From Phototrophicaceae bacterium (lineage in GTDB: Bacteria > Chloroflexota > Anaerolineae > Aggregatilineales > Phototrophicaceae): DNA of 64,000 bases. The stretch spans positions 473,102 to 537,101 of the forward strand of contig OZ251996.1 in NCBI GenBank assembly GCA_965246975.1, written 5' to 3'. Positions within the stretch are counted from its first letter, which is position 1. Every line of letters begins with the position of its first letter. The translations under genes and the position numbers were made by a program. Positions 46,082-55,275 of the stretch are shown here, piece by piece. The notes beneath the pieces were generated by a model, which was given only the letters and a program-made list of their open reading frames with translations, searched no databases and was not told the origin of the DNA.

Positions 46082-47298
46082 AGCGCGAGGAACTCGTTGC
46101 GCGCAACCTACGGGTCAGCGCCGCGCGACACTCGGTCTCGCCGCGACAAAAAGCCCGCCAGGCAATGCTGCGTTCCCTGGCCAGGATTCCTGTCCCCCCG
46201 ACCCCGGCAGACCTGCAGCAGCGCATTCTGCTCATTCGCCCAGACCACATGGGCGACGCCCTGTTGACCCTTCCGGCCATCACGGCCCTGCGCACGGCGT
46301 TTCCGGGCGCAGAGTTGCATGCCTTGGTCAGCCCCCAGGCAGCGTCGGTGTTTGCGAGTCTGCCGGAGCTGGATGCCGTGCAGACCATGGACTTTCCAGG
46401 CATCAGCCGCAGTGCGCGACGGGGGCGACTGGCGCCCTGGCTGCTGGCGCTGGGTACGGCAAGGCAGCTACGAAATCTCCGTATTTCGGCAGCACTTATC
46501 CTGCGCCCGGATCACTGGTGGGGCGCACTGGTCGCCTGGCTGGCCGGCATCCCGCAGCGCATTGGCTTCGACCTGGCGGAAACCACGCCCTTTCTGACGC
46601 ATGCCGTCCCGCTGCGCCACGAGCACGCCCTGCTGCGCAACCTGCGTCTGGTTGCTGCGCCAGACGGGCAAGCATTTAATGAGGGCGCGAAGTTGTGCTT
46701 TCCACTCACGGCAGCAGATCGTGACGCTGCAGCCGTCATATTGCGCGAGAATGGAGTTTCCCCGGACGAGCCGTATCTGTTTATCCACCCCGGAACGGGC
46801 GCCGCGCTCAAACATTGGGAAGAAGCGCGTTGGGCCAGGGTGGCCGACGAACCTGGCGTCCTGCCCGGCACGCAGGTGCTCTTCAGCGGCAGCGCGGCGG
46901 AGCGGTCGCTCGTGAAGCGCATCACCGCGCAAATGCAGCAACCCGCGACGAGCCTGGCGGGCAAGACCACTATCGCAGAGCTGGCGGCCTGCTACGAGAA
47001 CGCGCTGCTGGTGCTGGGCCCCGACAGTGGGCCGCTACATCTGGCCGCGGCCGTGGGGGCGCCCACGGTGTCGCTCTATGGCCCGGCCGACCCCGCGGAA
47101 TTCGGCCCCTGGGGGCCCGCTGAACGCCACATTACGCTCGCCTCGAACATAGGCTGCCGTCCATGCCGGGTACTGGACTGGGGCGCGGATGAAGTGGCCT
47201 GGCATCCCTGTCTGCGGGACATCAGCGTCAGCCAGGTTGTGGAGGCGGCGCAAGGCCTTTGTGCCGCTGCGCCTCAGTCCTCGCTGCCGGTGAAGTAG
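46078..47298 (+). CDS. Glycosyltransferase family 9 (heptosyltransferase-like)
   Basis: ATGA overlap with the upstream gene. ILLIRPDHMGDALLTLPAI and GPDSGPLHLAAAVGAPTVSLYGP are typical GT9 motifs. Confidence 0.8.
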   Translation: MKREELVARNLRVSAARHSVSPRQKARQAMLRSLARIPVPPTPADLQQRILLIRPDHMGDALLTLPAITALRTAFPGAELHALVSPQAASVFASLPELDAVQTMDFPGISRSARRGRLAPWLLALGTARQLRNLRISAALILRPDHWWGALVAWLAGIPQRIGFDLAETTPFLTHAVPLRHEHALLRNLRLVAAPDGQAFNEGAKLCFPLTAADRDAAAVILRENGVSPDEPYLFIHPGTGAALKHWEEARWARVADEPGVLPGTQVLFSGSAAERSLVKRITAQMQQPATSLAGKTTIAELAACYENALLVLGPDSGPLHLAAAVGAPTVSLYGPADPAEFGPWGPAERHITLASNIGCRPCRVLDWGADEVAWHPCLRDISVSQVVEAAQGLCAAAPQSSLPVK

Positions 47299-48056
47299 GA
47301 GCCGGAGCCAGTGCTCAGCGCCTCGTTCATGGGGCGCATCCCGACAAGAAAGACGCGGGTCTGCGGCGGTTGCAGCAGTGCGTAGAGCACGGCCTCGGCC
47401 ACGCCTTCCGGTTCCTGCATGCCCTCCAGCACCGGGTCGCCGGGAGTCCGCGTCCCGTTGTAGAAGCCGTAGTTCGTGTTGGTGCCGCCCGGAGCGATCA
47501 CGCTGACCTTTACATTTCTGGGCCAGGCCTCGTAATCGATGGACTGGGCGAATCCCATCTGCGCAAATTTGGTCGCGCAATAGATCGGCTCGTTGGGCAG
47601 CCCGTTCAGCCCGGCCACCGAGCTGACGAAGATCACCGCGCCATCCCTGCGCTCCAGCATGGGCGGAAAGAAGATCTTTGTGCACAGCCAGGTCGAGCGC
47701 ATGTTTGTGTTCATGATCCAGTCGTAGTCTGCCGTGCTGAGCGAGTTGACCGTGCCATTCTTGCCCACGCCGGCGTTGTTCACCAGGATGTCGATCTGGC
47801 CAAAGGCAGCGAATGACGCTGCTGCCATGTGCGCCACGGCCGCTTCGTCGCTGACGTCGGTTGGCAGGGCCAGCGCCCGCGCGTCGCCGGGCAGCGCGTC
47901 AATTTCATCAGCAAGTGCTTCCAGATCTGCTGCAGTGCGCGCAGCAAGCACCACATGCGCCCCTGCGCGCGCCAGCGCCAGCGCGGTCGCCCTGCCGATG
48001 CCCTTGCCCGCGCCGGTGACCACCGCTGCCTTGCCGGCCAGCCTGCCCTGCCCCAT
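47274..48056 (-). CDS. SDR family oxidoreductase
   Basis: VTGAGKGIGRA cofactor motif and YCATKFA catalytic motif; 260 aa. Confidence 0.85.
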   Translation of the reverse strand: MGQGRLAGKAAVVTGAGKGIGRATALALARAGAHVVLAARTAADLEALADEIDALPGDARALALPTDVSDEAAVAHMAAASFAAFGQIDILVNNAGVGKNGTVNSLSTADYDWIMNTNMRSTWLCTKIFFPPMLERRDGAVIFVSSVAGLNGLPNEPIYCATKFAQMGFAQSIDYEAWPRNVKVSVIAPGGTNTNYGFYNGTRTPGDPVLEGMQEPEGVAEAVLYALLQPPQTRVFLVGMRPMNEALSTGSGSYFTGSED

Positions 48057-48116
48057 GCACCGCTCCTCTCACAGTGTTCTGAGCGCGGGAGTATAACGCG
48101 TGGCGCAGCCACAAAA

Positions 48117-48145
48117 CTGACTCCAAGATGCTGCTATGTTAGACT
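48117..48145 (+). promoter_or_regulatory. Putative promoter (CTGACT-17 nt-TAGACT) for pfk
   Basis: The hexamers are spaced 17 nt apart and lie about 28 nt upstream of the GGAGG RBS and the ATG at 48173. Confidence 0.3.
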
Positions 48146-48172
48146 GGCTGGTTAAACAGTCGGAGGCACATC

Positions 48173-49297
48173 ATGTCGGAATCAATCGGAATTCTGACCG
48201 CAGGGGGCGACAGCCCGGGGTTGAACGCTGCCATCCGCGCTCTGGGCAAGACCGCCATCAGCAAGTATGACATGCGCGTCATCGGTTTCCGCCAGGGCTT
48301 TCGTGGCCTCATGCAAAATCGCACCGTCGACCTGCATGCCGGCGCGCTCTCTGGCATCCTGACCATGGGCGGCACTATCCTCGGCACCAGCCGCGACAAG
48401 CCCCACAAAATGCCCGTCGGTGACAAGGTCATGGACATGACCGACGCCATGCTTGATACCTACCAGCAGCATCACCTTGATGCACTTGTTTGCCTGGGCG
48501 GCGGCGGCACCATGCGTAATGCCTGGCGACTGGCCGGGAAGGGACTAAACATCGTCACCTTGCCCAAGACCATCGACAACGACGTCTACGGAACGGACGT
48601 CACATTGGGCTTTGATACAGCGCTCTCAATCGCCACAGAAGCCATCGACAGGCTGCACAGCACAGCACACAGCCACCACCGTATCATCATCGTCGAGGTC
48701 ATGGGCCACAATACCGGCTGGCTGGCGCTTGGGTCGGGCCTTGCCGGCGGCGCCGACGTCATCCTCATTCCAGAAATTCCCTACGACATTGAAGTGGTGG
48801 CGGACTCCATCATGCGCCGCAGCCAGGGAGGCAAACATTTCAGCATCGTCGCCCTCTCCGAAGGCGCATTCTCTGCTGAACTGGGAATTCAACTCACGCA
48901 GCTCAATGAAGAGATTCAACATGCGCCTGACAAGGCAACGCGCAAACGACTGAAAAAGAAACTGGGCGCGCTTCGTGCCGAACACGCGGACATCACGCAC
49001 GAACTCACCCGGCAGCTGGAGGAGATGACGCGCCTGGAAACGCGCGTGACCACGCTCGGGCACGTGCAACGTGGTGGCGCACCCACAGCGGCTGACCGCC
49101 TGCTCGCTACCCAACTGGGCACTGCCTGCGCAGACTATATCCACGCAGGGGCGTCCGGCGTGATGATCGCAGCGCGCAACGGTGGCACAAAAGCGATTCC
49201 GCTTGAGGACGTCGTTGGCAAACGCAAGACGGTCCCGCTTGATCATCGCTGGCTGGACACGGCGCGCGCGCTTGAGATTTGCCTAGGCAATCAGTGA
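48173..49297 (+). CDS. pfk: 6-phosphofructokinase family protein (PfkA family, atypical active-site residues)
   Basis: [24 protein letters not shown] and LGHVQRGG motifs. GGAGG RBS. Confidence 0.85.
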   Translation: MSESIGILTAGGDSPGLNAAIRALGKTAISKYDMRVIGFRQGFRGLMQNRTVDLHAGALSGILTMGGTILGTSRDKPHKMPVGDKVMDMTDAMLDTYQQHHLDALVCLGGGGTMRNAWRLAGKGLNIVTLPKTIDNDVYGTDVTLGFDTALSIATEAIDRLHSTAHSHHRIIIVEVMGHNTGWLALGSGLAGGADVILIPEIPYDIEVVADSIMRRSQGGKHFSIVALSEGAFSAELGIQLTQLNEEIQHAPDKATRKRLKKKLGALRAEHADITHELTRQLEEMTRLETRVTTLGHVQRGGAPTAADRLLATQLGTACADYIHAGASGVMIAARNGGTKAIPLEDVVGKRKTVPLDHRWLDTARALEICLGNQ

Positions 49298-51009
49298 CGC
49301 TTGAACGTTTCGGGTGATAGCGGGCGCACCATCAATGTACGTTCGTTGCGATAGCTGACCATCCCCTGGCCGGCGCCGCGGATGCGCCGCACATGACGCC
49401 GCTGCGTCACATCTACCGGCACCCTCGCTTCGTCGCGCTGCGGGCTGAACCAGGCCGCCAGAGCCGCCGCCTGCTCGATTACGGGTTCCGGGACGGGGCG
49501 CCCGTCATCCCGGACGATGACATGCGCACCCGGCATGCCGCGGGCATGCAGCCACAGGTCCGCGCCGGTGCCGCGTTCAAAGGTCACCTGTTCATTCTGG
49601 CGGCTGTTGCGCCCGACCCAAACCACAAAGCCATCCGGCGTGACCAGGCGCAGCGCAGCGCTGCGCTCGCCGCCCGGGCGCACAGCGCGGCCGCCACGTG
49701 AGAGGCCCTGCGTCTGCAACGCCGACTGAACCTCATTGATGTCCGGCCAGCTGCTCGCCAGCTCAAGGTCACACTCCAGTTGCACCAGCGTCTGTAGCTG
49801 CCTGGTCGTCTGCCGCAACAGACGCGGCACATCCTTCAGCGCGCGTTTAGCCTTTTCATAACGGGTGAAGTAGCGTTGCGCATTTTCCAGCGGCGTCAAC
49901 CCTGTCTCGAGCGGGATCACCAGCTCTGGCCCGTCCGGGTCGTATTGCGCGCGCAACTCCGTCTGGCCGGGCGCCAAGGTGTACTGGTAGGCAAGCAGTA
50001 GTTCGCCACTCTGGCGCAGACGTTCACGCTCCCGCTCGTCGGTGAGCGAACGCTGCAGCGCCGCCTGCCGTGCTTCCAGCCGGGCGCGTGCAGCCCGTAG
50101 TGCCTCCGCAACCGGCAGTTTCGCCGCCTGATATGCGTCCTTGCCCGTGACTGCGCCATACCAGGCGACAAGGGCCTCGTTGACAGAAGCCGTCGGACGC
50201 CAGTCCGGCACACTCTGCAGCGGATAGACGCTGAAGGCTGTTGGCTGCTCCACTTCCCCTGCCAGGCCTGGTTGCCAATCGCGGGCAGCCAGAGGCTCGA
50301 GGAGACTGCGCAGCGCCGGCAACAAGTCCTCGGCCCGGGCATCCTGCGCACGCTGGTTTACTGCCGCGCCGCTGCGAAACACCGCCTCCTTCGCCAGCAA
50401 AGGGCTCACGCCCAGCAGCCCGCCGCTCAGGAGCTGATGGGTGCGCCGCTTCGGATTCTCGTTTTGAGCAAGCATGCTGCGCAACTCGTCCATGCTCAAC
50501 TTCAGTGGATCGTGGCGGCCGCGTTGCGGCGGTGGCGGCGCATAGTCGTGCGACGGCAGGCTGGTGCGCATACGATTTTCATCCGCATGCACGCGCCGCA
50601 GGCATTCCAGAATCACACCGTCCTGCAGCAGCAGCACGTTGCTGCGCCGTTCCATCGGCTCGACGACAATCTGGACTGCGCCTTCCGGGCCTGCAATATC
50701 AAACTGGACCACGCGCTCCCAGGGTGGTTGGGAAATCTGTGTCAGCCGACCGCCTTCCACGTAGCGGCGCAGCAGCAGGCCGACAGGCAAGGGTTTGTTC
50801 AGGCCGCGCCGCAAGCGATCCGGCAGCAGATGCAAACGCGGGACACGATTATCTGCGCTCAGGTAGAGCCAGTGGCGTTTACGCTGCGCGTAGATTTCCA
50901 GGCCGAGACCCGTCTCATCGACGTCGAGTACATCCTGGATGCGCCCACCGACGAGTTGTGCCTGAAGTTCCTCTACCAGGGCGGCGAGGGTGAAGAAGTC
51001 GAGATACAT
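49291..51009 (-). CDS. rqcH: NFACT family protein (RqcH / FbpA-like ribosome quality control factor)
   Basis: N-terminal [21 protein letters not shown], and a C-terminal NFACT-R/DUF814 region (GMPGAHVIV). Confidence 0.8.
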   Translation of the reverse strand: MYLDFFTLAALVEELQAQLVGGRIQDVLDVDETGLGLEIYAQRKRHWLYLSADNRVPRLHLLPDRLRRGLNKPLPVGLLLRRYVEGGRLTQISQPPWERVVQFDIAGPEGAVQIVVEPMERRSNVLLLQDGVILECLRRVHADENRMRTSLPSHDYAPPPPQRGRHDPLKLSMDELRSMLAQNENPKRRTHQLLSGGLLGVSPLLAKEAVFRSGAAVNQRAQDARAEDLLPALRSLLEPLAARDWQPGLAGEVEQPTAFSVYPLQSVPDWRPTASVNEALVAWYGAVTGKDAYQAAKLPVAEALRAARARLEARQAALQRSLTDERERERLRQSGELLLAYQYTLAPGQTELRAQYDPDGPELVIPLETGLTPLENAQRYFTRYEKAKRALKDVPRLLRQTTRQLQTLVQLECDLELASSWPDINEVQSALQTQGLSRGGRAVRPGGERSAALRLVTPDGFVVWVGRNSRQNEQVTFERGTGADLWLHARGMPGAHVIVRDDGRPVPEPVIEQAAALAAWFSPQRDEARVPVDVTQRRHVRRIRGAGQGMVSYRNERTLMVRPLSPETFKRH

Positions 51010-51035
51010 GCGCCATCAGGGGAGGCGGCGTCGGG

Positions 51036-51326
51036 TCAGTTGCCTGATGGATTTCCGCTGGCAGAGGCGCGTTTCACGCCCCTGTGCAAGAGCCAGAGCA
51101 CAATGCCGATTGTGAGGCCCATGCCCACCAGATTGACGAGGAGGAAGCCGACCATCAACATCAATTGCTCGGTCTGCCACGGGGCAGCCGTGAGCACGGA
51201 CGAATCCGGCGCAGTGGTTTGCACGATGAAAAAGCTGTCCAGCCCACCACCCTGCAGCAAACTCGTCAAACCGCCGCCGGCAAGCAGCAAAATCACCAGA
51301 ACGGCCAACAGTGCCAGTCGTCTCAC
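51036..51326 (-). CDS. Hypothetical small membrane protein (two TM segments)
   Basis: 96 aa. GTG start preceded by AGGGGG, with hydrophobic N- and C-terminal helices. No family recognised. Confidence 0.45.
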   Translation of the reverse strand: MRRLALLAVLVILLLAGGGLTSLLQGGGLDSFFIVQTTAPDSSVLTAAPWQTEQLMLMVGFLLVNLVGMGLTIGIVLWLLHRGVKRASASGNPSGN

Positions 51327-51400
51327 CCCGCTGCCCCCTGAACCATCCGCTCAACAATATGGCGCGAGTGTAGCGCAGCGGCCGGCGACTGACAAGGCCG

Positions 51401-52699
51401 TCACAGCGCGTCGTCCAGCCGGATTTGCTGCTCACGTTCCGGCCCCACCCCCACGGTAAGCACAGGCGTGTCGCAAAGCTCGCCGATGCGACGGACGTAG
51501 CGGCGGGCTGCCGCCGGCAGTTCACGTTGGCAACGCATGGATGAAAGGTCGGCATCCCAGCCGGGCAGGGTTTCGTAAACCGGCGTGGCGCACGCCATCT
51601 CCGCCTGGGTGCCCGGCGGCAAACAATGCTGCACCCCATCCAGTTCCCAGGCCACAGCGATCTTCAATTCCTCGAAGCCGCCAAGTACATCCAGCTTGGT
51701 CAGGAAAAGCTCGGTGAAGCCGCTCACCTGGGCAGCGTGGCGCAAGATCACAGCGTCCATCCAGCCACAGCGACGGCTGCGTCCGGTGGTAGTGCCAAAT
51801 TCATCCCAGAAGTTTGCCCCGGTGCCGCGCAGACATGCGGCCAGCGCGCCATCCAGCTCGGTCGGCATCGGCCCGGCGCCCACCCGCGTCGAGAAACACT
51901 TGGTCACGCCCACGACCTTGTCCACGTGCAGGGGCCCGAAGCCCAGGCCGACCAACGCGCCGCCGGCCACCGGTGAGGAACTTGTCACGAAGGGGTAATC
52001 CCCGTGATCCACATCCAGCATGGTGCCCTGGGCGCCTTCACAGACCACGCGCGCGCCTTCCCGCAGGCGGCGGTTGATGTACTGTGACGTGTCCTTGATA
52101 AAGGTCTTCAGCCTCTGCGCCGCGCCGATCCACTCCAGCGCAGTGGCCGCCGGGTCGAGCAGGCTGGCGCCCGCCCGGTCGAGCGCTTCGTTCGCCCGCA
52201 CGATGGCCTCAAGGACGGCGTCGGCGAAGTCCTCTTCGTTGTGCATCAGACCAGCACGGATGCCACGACGCCCCGTCTTGTCGAGATAGGCCGGACCAAT
52301 GCCGCGCAAGGTTGTGCCGATGGCCTGCGCGCCCAGGGCCTGTTCGCTGGCGCGATCCAGCGCGACGTGCGCCGGCGTGATGATGTGCGCGCGCGTGCTG
52401 ATGAGAAAGCGTTCCGGGGTGATGTTCACGCCACGCGCGCAGAGGCCGTCAATCTCGGCCAGCAGGTTGACGGGATTGATGACCATGCCATTGCCCAGCA
52501 CGCAGCTCACGCCCTCGTGCAACACGCCGGATGGCACCAGATGCAGTTTGAAGACCTCGCCGGCCACCGCAATCGTGTGACCGGCGTTATCGCCGCCGGC
52601 GTAACGCGCGACCACGTCGGCCTGGGCGCCCAGTACATCGGCAACGCGCCCCTTGCCTTCGTCGCCCCACTGCGCCCCGATGATGATCGTCGCCGGCAT
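51401..52699 (-). CDS. purA: Adenylosuccinate synthase
   Basis: GAQWGDEGKG P-loop, GGDNAGHT and TTGRSRRCGW motifs; 432 aa. Confidence 0.95.
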   Translation of the reverse strand: MPATIIIGAQWGDEGKGRVADVLGAQADVVARYAGGDNAGHTIAVAGEVFKLHLVPSGVLHEGVSCVLGNGMVINPVNLLAEIDGLCARGVNITPERFLISTRAHIITPAHVALDRASEQALGAQAIGTTLRGIGPAYLDKTGRRGIRAGLMHNEEDFADAVLEAIVRANEALDRAGASLLDPAATALEWIGAAQRLKTFIKDTSQYINRRLREGARVVCEGAQGTMLDVDHGDYPFVTSSSPVAGGALVGLGFGPLHVDKVVGVTKCFSTRVGAGPMPTELDGALAACLRGTGANFWDEFGTTTGRSRRCGWMDAVILRHAAQVSGFTELFLTKLDVLGGFEELKIAVAWELDGVQHCLPPGTQAEMACATPVYETLPGWDADLSSMRCQRELPAAARRYVRRIGELCDTPVLTVGVGPEREQQIRLDDAL

Positions 52700-52717
52700 T
52701 CTTGTGACTCCAGTCTG

Positions 52718-53377
52718 TTAATTTGTGTGCCAGGCAGTGCCCAACGCGATGCTGACCTGCTGTTCACCCCAGATTTCCAGTTCGCCGTCGGGCCCCAACG
52801 CCAGGGCGGATTGCGGCCCGATGCCCAGCGTGACGGCCGCGGGCGCTTCGGTCAGCAGGGCGCTCGCCGCAGGACTGGAAGCGACATCCGTCACACCTGG
52901 CAGGATCAATGCGCCTGGCAACCAGCCCAACCCGCTGTCGCAGCTTTCTGCTTCCCGCAGGACCCAGCTGCCCGCGCTCATCGCTGCCGGACCTTCCAGC
53001 AGAACGAGGGCGCCCTGTTGCCAGGCCATGCGAATACCTTCGCTGATCGCACCGGACAGGGCATCTTGCACGTGGCTTGCATCCGATTCGGCACCCACGA
53101 CCACGATGCCGGCCTCGGCCAAACTCGAGCGCAGCGTTTCGTCATCCTCAACGAAGGCGTCCACGATGTAGCCGGACTGGGCGCCCAGGTCCTCGAATTC
53201 GATCAGCAATTGCTCTACAGCCTCGTTTTCACCGGCACAGGCCAGAACAGCGACCCCGCCATCCGCGGCGGCGACCGCCAGCGCCCGCGCCCGAACAGCT
53301 TCGCTGCCACGCACGCTTCCAGCAAGTACCAGCCAGCCGCGCGCCTCAAGCCAACCTATCGCGGCCCGCGCCGGCAT
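52718..53377 (-). CDS. Hypothetical protein, possibly peptidase S51 / cyanophycinase-like (class I amidotransferase-like fold)
   Basis: 219 aa. Layout resembles S51 enzymes, with a possible nucleophile context GPAAMSAGSW. This is a weak assignment made by eye. Confidence 0.35.
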   Translation of the reverse strand: MPARAAIGWLEARGWLVLAGSVRGSEAVRARALAVAAADGGVAVLACAGENEAVEQLLIEFEDLGAQSGYIVDAFVEDDETLRSSLAEAGIVVVGAESDASHVQDALSGAISEGIRMAWQQGALVLLEGPAAMSAGSWVLREAESCDSGLGWLPGALILPGVTDVASSPAASALLTEAPAAVTLGIGPQSALALGPDGELEIWGEQQVSIALGTAWHTN

Positions 53378-54100
53378 CTACACGCGCAGGGTGACGACGA
53401 AGAAGGAATTGATGTGACGAGGCGCATCCTGCGGCGCGCGCGGATCGAGCGAACGCGAGCATATCCGATTGGCCAATCCATCCATGTCGCGAATCTGACT
53501 CTTGTGCTCGCGCAGAGAGCGAATCTGCGTATCTACGTAATCGGTTACGTCAACGAATGTGTTGGGGTTGACCGCGCCGGCAATGTAGACCTGGCGCGTC
53601 TTGTGGGCGGACAGTCCCTCGTCGCGTTCCATCTCGAGAAAATTCAGCCGGTCACGTGAGGTGGGGAAAACCGCAGCCAGCGTTGCTTCGCCGATGGCGC
53701 GGTGGTCCGGATGGTTGATGCGGTTTTCGCCGTACCAGTTGAGCGGGTCGCAGGTAACCACGACATCCGGCCTGAAGCGTCGAATGCCGCGCACGATTTC
53801 GCGCCGCAGATCCAGCGAATGCTCCAGCTCGCCATCGCCGAAGCGCAGAAAGACCACCTCCCGCACGCCCAGCGCCGCCGCCGCGCGCCGCTCCTCTTCC
53901 TCACGAATCTCAACCAGACGTTCATGGGTCATGTCCGGCTCTGAACTGCCCTTGTCGCCGCTGGTGGCCATCAGAAAGGTGATTTCCGCCCCTTCCGACG
54001 CCCAGCGGGCGAAGGTCGCACCGCAAAAAAACTCCGGGTCATCGGGATGGGCAAAGACGCCCAGTACACGCCGGATACTGCCCTGCACTTCATCGCTCAT
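53378..54100 (-). CDS. PIG-L family deacetylase (LmbE-like)
   Basis: VFAHPDDPEF metal-binding motif, NHPDHRA and SGDKGS; 240 aa. Confidence 0.85.
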   Translation of the reverse strand: MSDEVQGSIRRVLGVFAHPDDPEFFCGATFARWASEGAEITFLMATSGDKGSSEPDMTHERLVEIREEEERRAAAALGVREVVFLRFGDGELEHSLDLRREIVRGIRRFRPDVVVTCDPLNWYGENRINHPDHRAIGEATLAAVFPTSRDRLNFLEMERDEGLSAHKTRQVYIAGAVNPNTFVDVTDYVDTQIRSLREHKSQIRDMDGLANRICSRSLDPRAPQDAPRHINSFFVVTLRV

Positions 54101-55038
54101 GTGGTATCGCCTGCTCTCTGATCACTTTGACGTTCACCTGGTTTCTTGCCGCATTCACATGGCTCATCGCCATGTTTGCTGCAAGGCTCTTTGGCCTTCT
54201 GCTGCAGAGCCCGCAACTCGGCCAACGGCACGAGTTCCTCGCGCTGCACCAGCTTACGACCCTCGGGGGTAATGACCGTCACCGCGTCCTGCAGCGGATG
54301 CACATCGATGACCTTGCGTTCGCCCCAGGGCGTGCCCATCATTTTGCCGCGGCGAGGCAAATGTTTGCGCGCCTCCGCGTACTGCTCGTATTCGTAAACC
54401 AGGCAGCAGCGCAGGCGGCCACACATGCCGGTAATTTCGGAGGGGCTGAGAGAAATTCCCTGGGCCTTGGCCATCTTGATGGAAATCGGGCTGAAATCCG
54501 TGAGGAAGGTGCTGCAACACCTCAGCTCGCCGCAGGCGCCATAGCCACCCAGCAGCCGGGCCACGTCGCGCGGGCCTATCTGGCGCATCTCCACCGTCGC
54601 GCTGAATTCACGTTCTAGGGCACGCCACAACTGGTCCGGGTTAACATTCTCCTCGGCTGCGTAGAGAAAGGTCAGCAGACTGCCATCGTAGTTGTATTGC
54701 GCCGCGACAAATTTGACGTGGCGCAAGTTATTGAACCCGGCCGCCTTTTCACGGCAAATTCGCAGCGCATCGTCCTGCTGCGCTTCCCAGTGCTGGCGCA
54801 GCGCCATGTCACGCGAGGTGGCAAGGCGCAGGATAGGCGCGTGACGACGGCCCCGGTTGCCTTCCGGCTCCGTAAAGCCCATCACCTGGCCCATCTGACG
54901 GCCACGTACTGTTTCCACGATGACGTAGTCGCCGGCGCCAAGCTGCGGGAAGGCGCTGTGATCAAAGTGATAGAGCTTGCCCACCTTCGTAAAGCGAATT
55001 CCTGCGACAGTTGCCGTCGCTTCGATTGTGGCCTGCAT
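54097..55038 (-). CDS. ricT: PSP1 domain protein (RicT/YaaT-like)
   Basis: N-terminus VAGIRFTKVGKLYHFD, and a PSP1 C-terminal region with GACGELRCC and CGRLRCC cysteine motifs. Confidence 0.8.
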   Translation of the reverse strand: MQATIEATATVAGIRFTKVGKLYHFDHSAFPQLGAGDYVIVETVRGRQMGQVMGFTEPEGNRGRRHAPILRLATSRDMALRQHWEAQQDDALRICREKAAGFNNLRHVKFVAAQYNYDGSLLTFLYAAEENVNPDQLWRALEREFSATVEMRQIGPRDVARLLGGYGACGELRCCSTFLTDFSPISIKMAKAQGISLSPSEITGMCGRLRCCLVYEYEQYAEARKHLPRRGKMMGTPWGERKVIDVHPLQDAVTVITPEGRKLVQREELVPLAELRALQQKAKEPCSKHGDEPCECGKKPGERQSDQRAGDTT

Positions 55039-55067
55039 GTGGTCACCCTGTTTCTGTAAACGCGCTC

Positions 55068-55096
55068 ATGGTACCGCACAAGCGGTCAGCACTCAA
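55068..55096 (-). promoter_or_regulatory. Putative promoter (TTGAGT-17 nt-TACCAT) upstream of ricT
   Basis: Read on the - strand: -35 is forward 55091-55096 and -10 is forward 55068-55073. Confidence 0.25.
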
Positions 55097-55275
55097 GCAA
55101 TTGTGGCTGCAGCAGCTGTTGCAGTCACGAAAATGTGGGGCGACTCAATGATGCGAGGAAATTGCCGTCAGAAAGCAGGCCCACGCGCGCTGTTCGCTCG
55201 ATTCAGAATGGCGCGGCGGTGACGCCGAACTTGATTGACTGGTCAGGCAATCACTCATGGATGAAAGTGCCGGCC

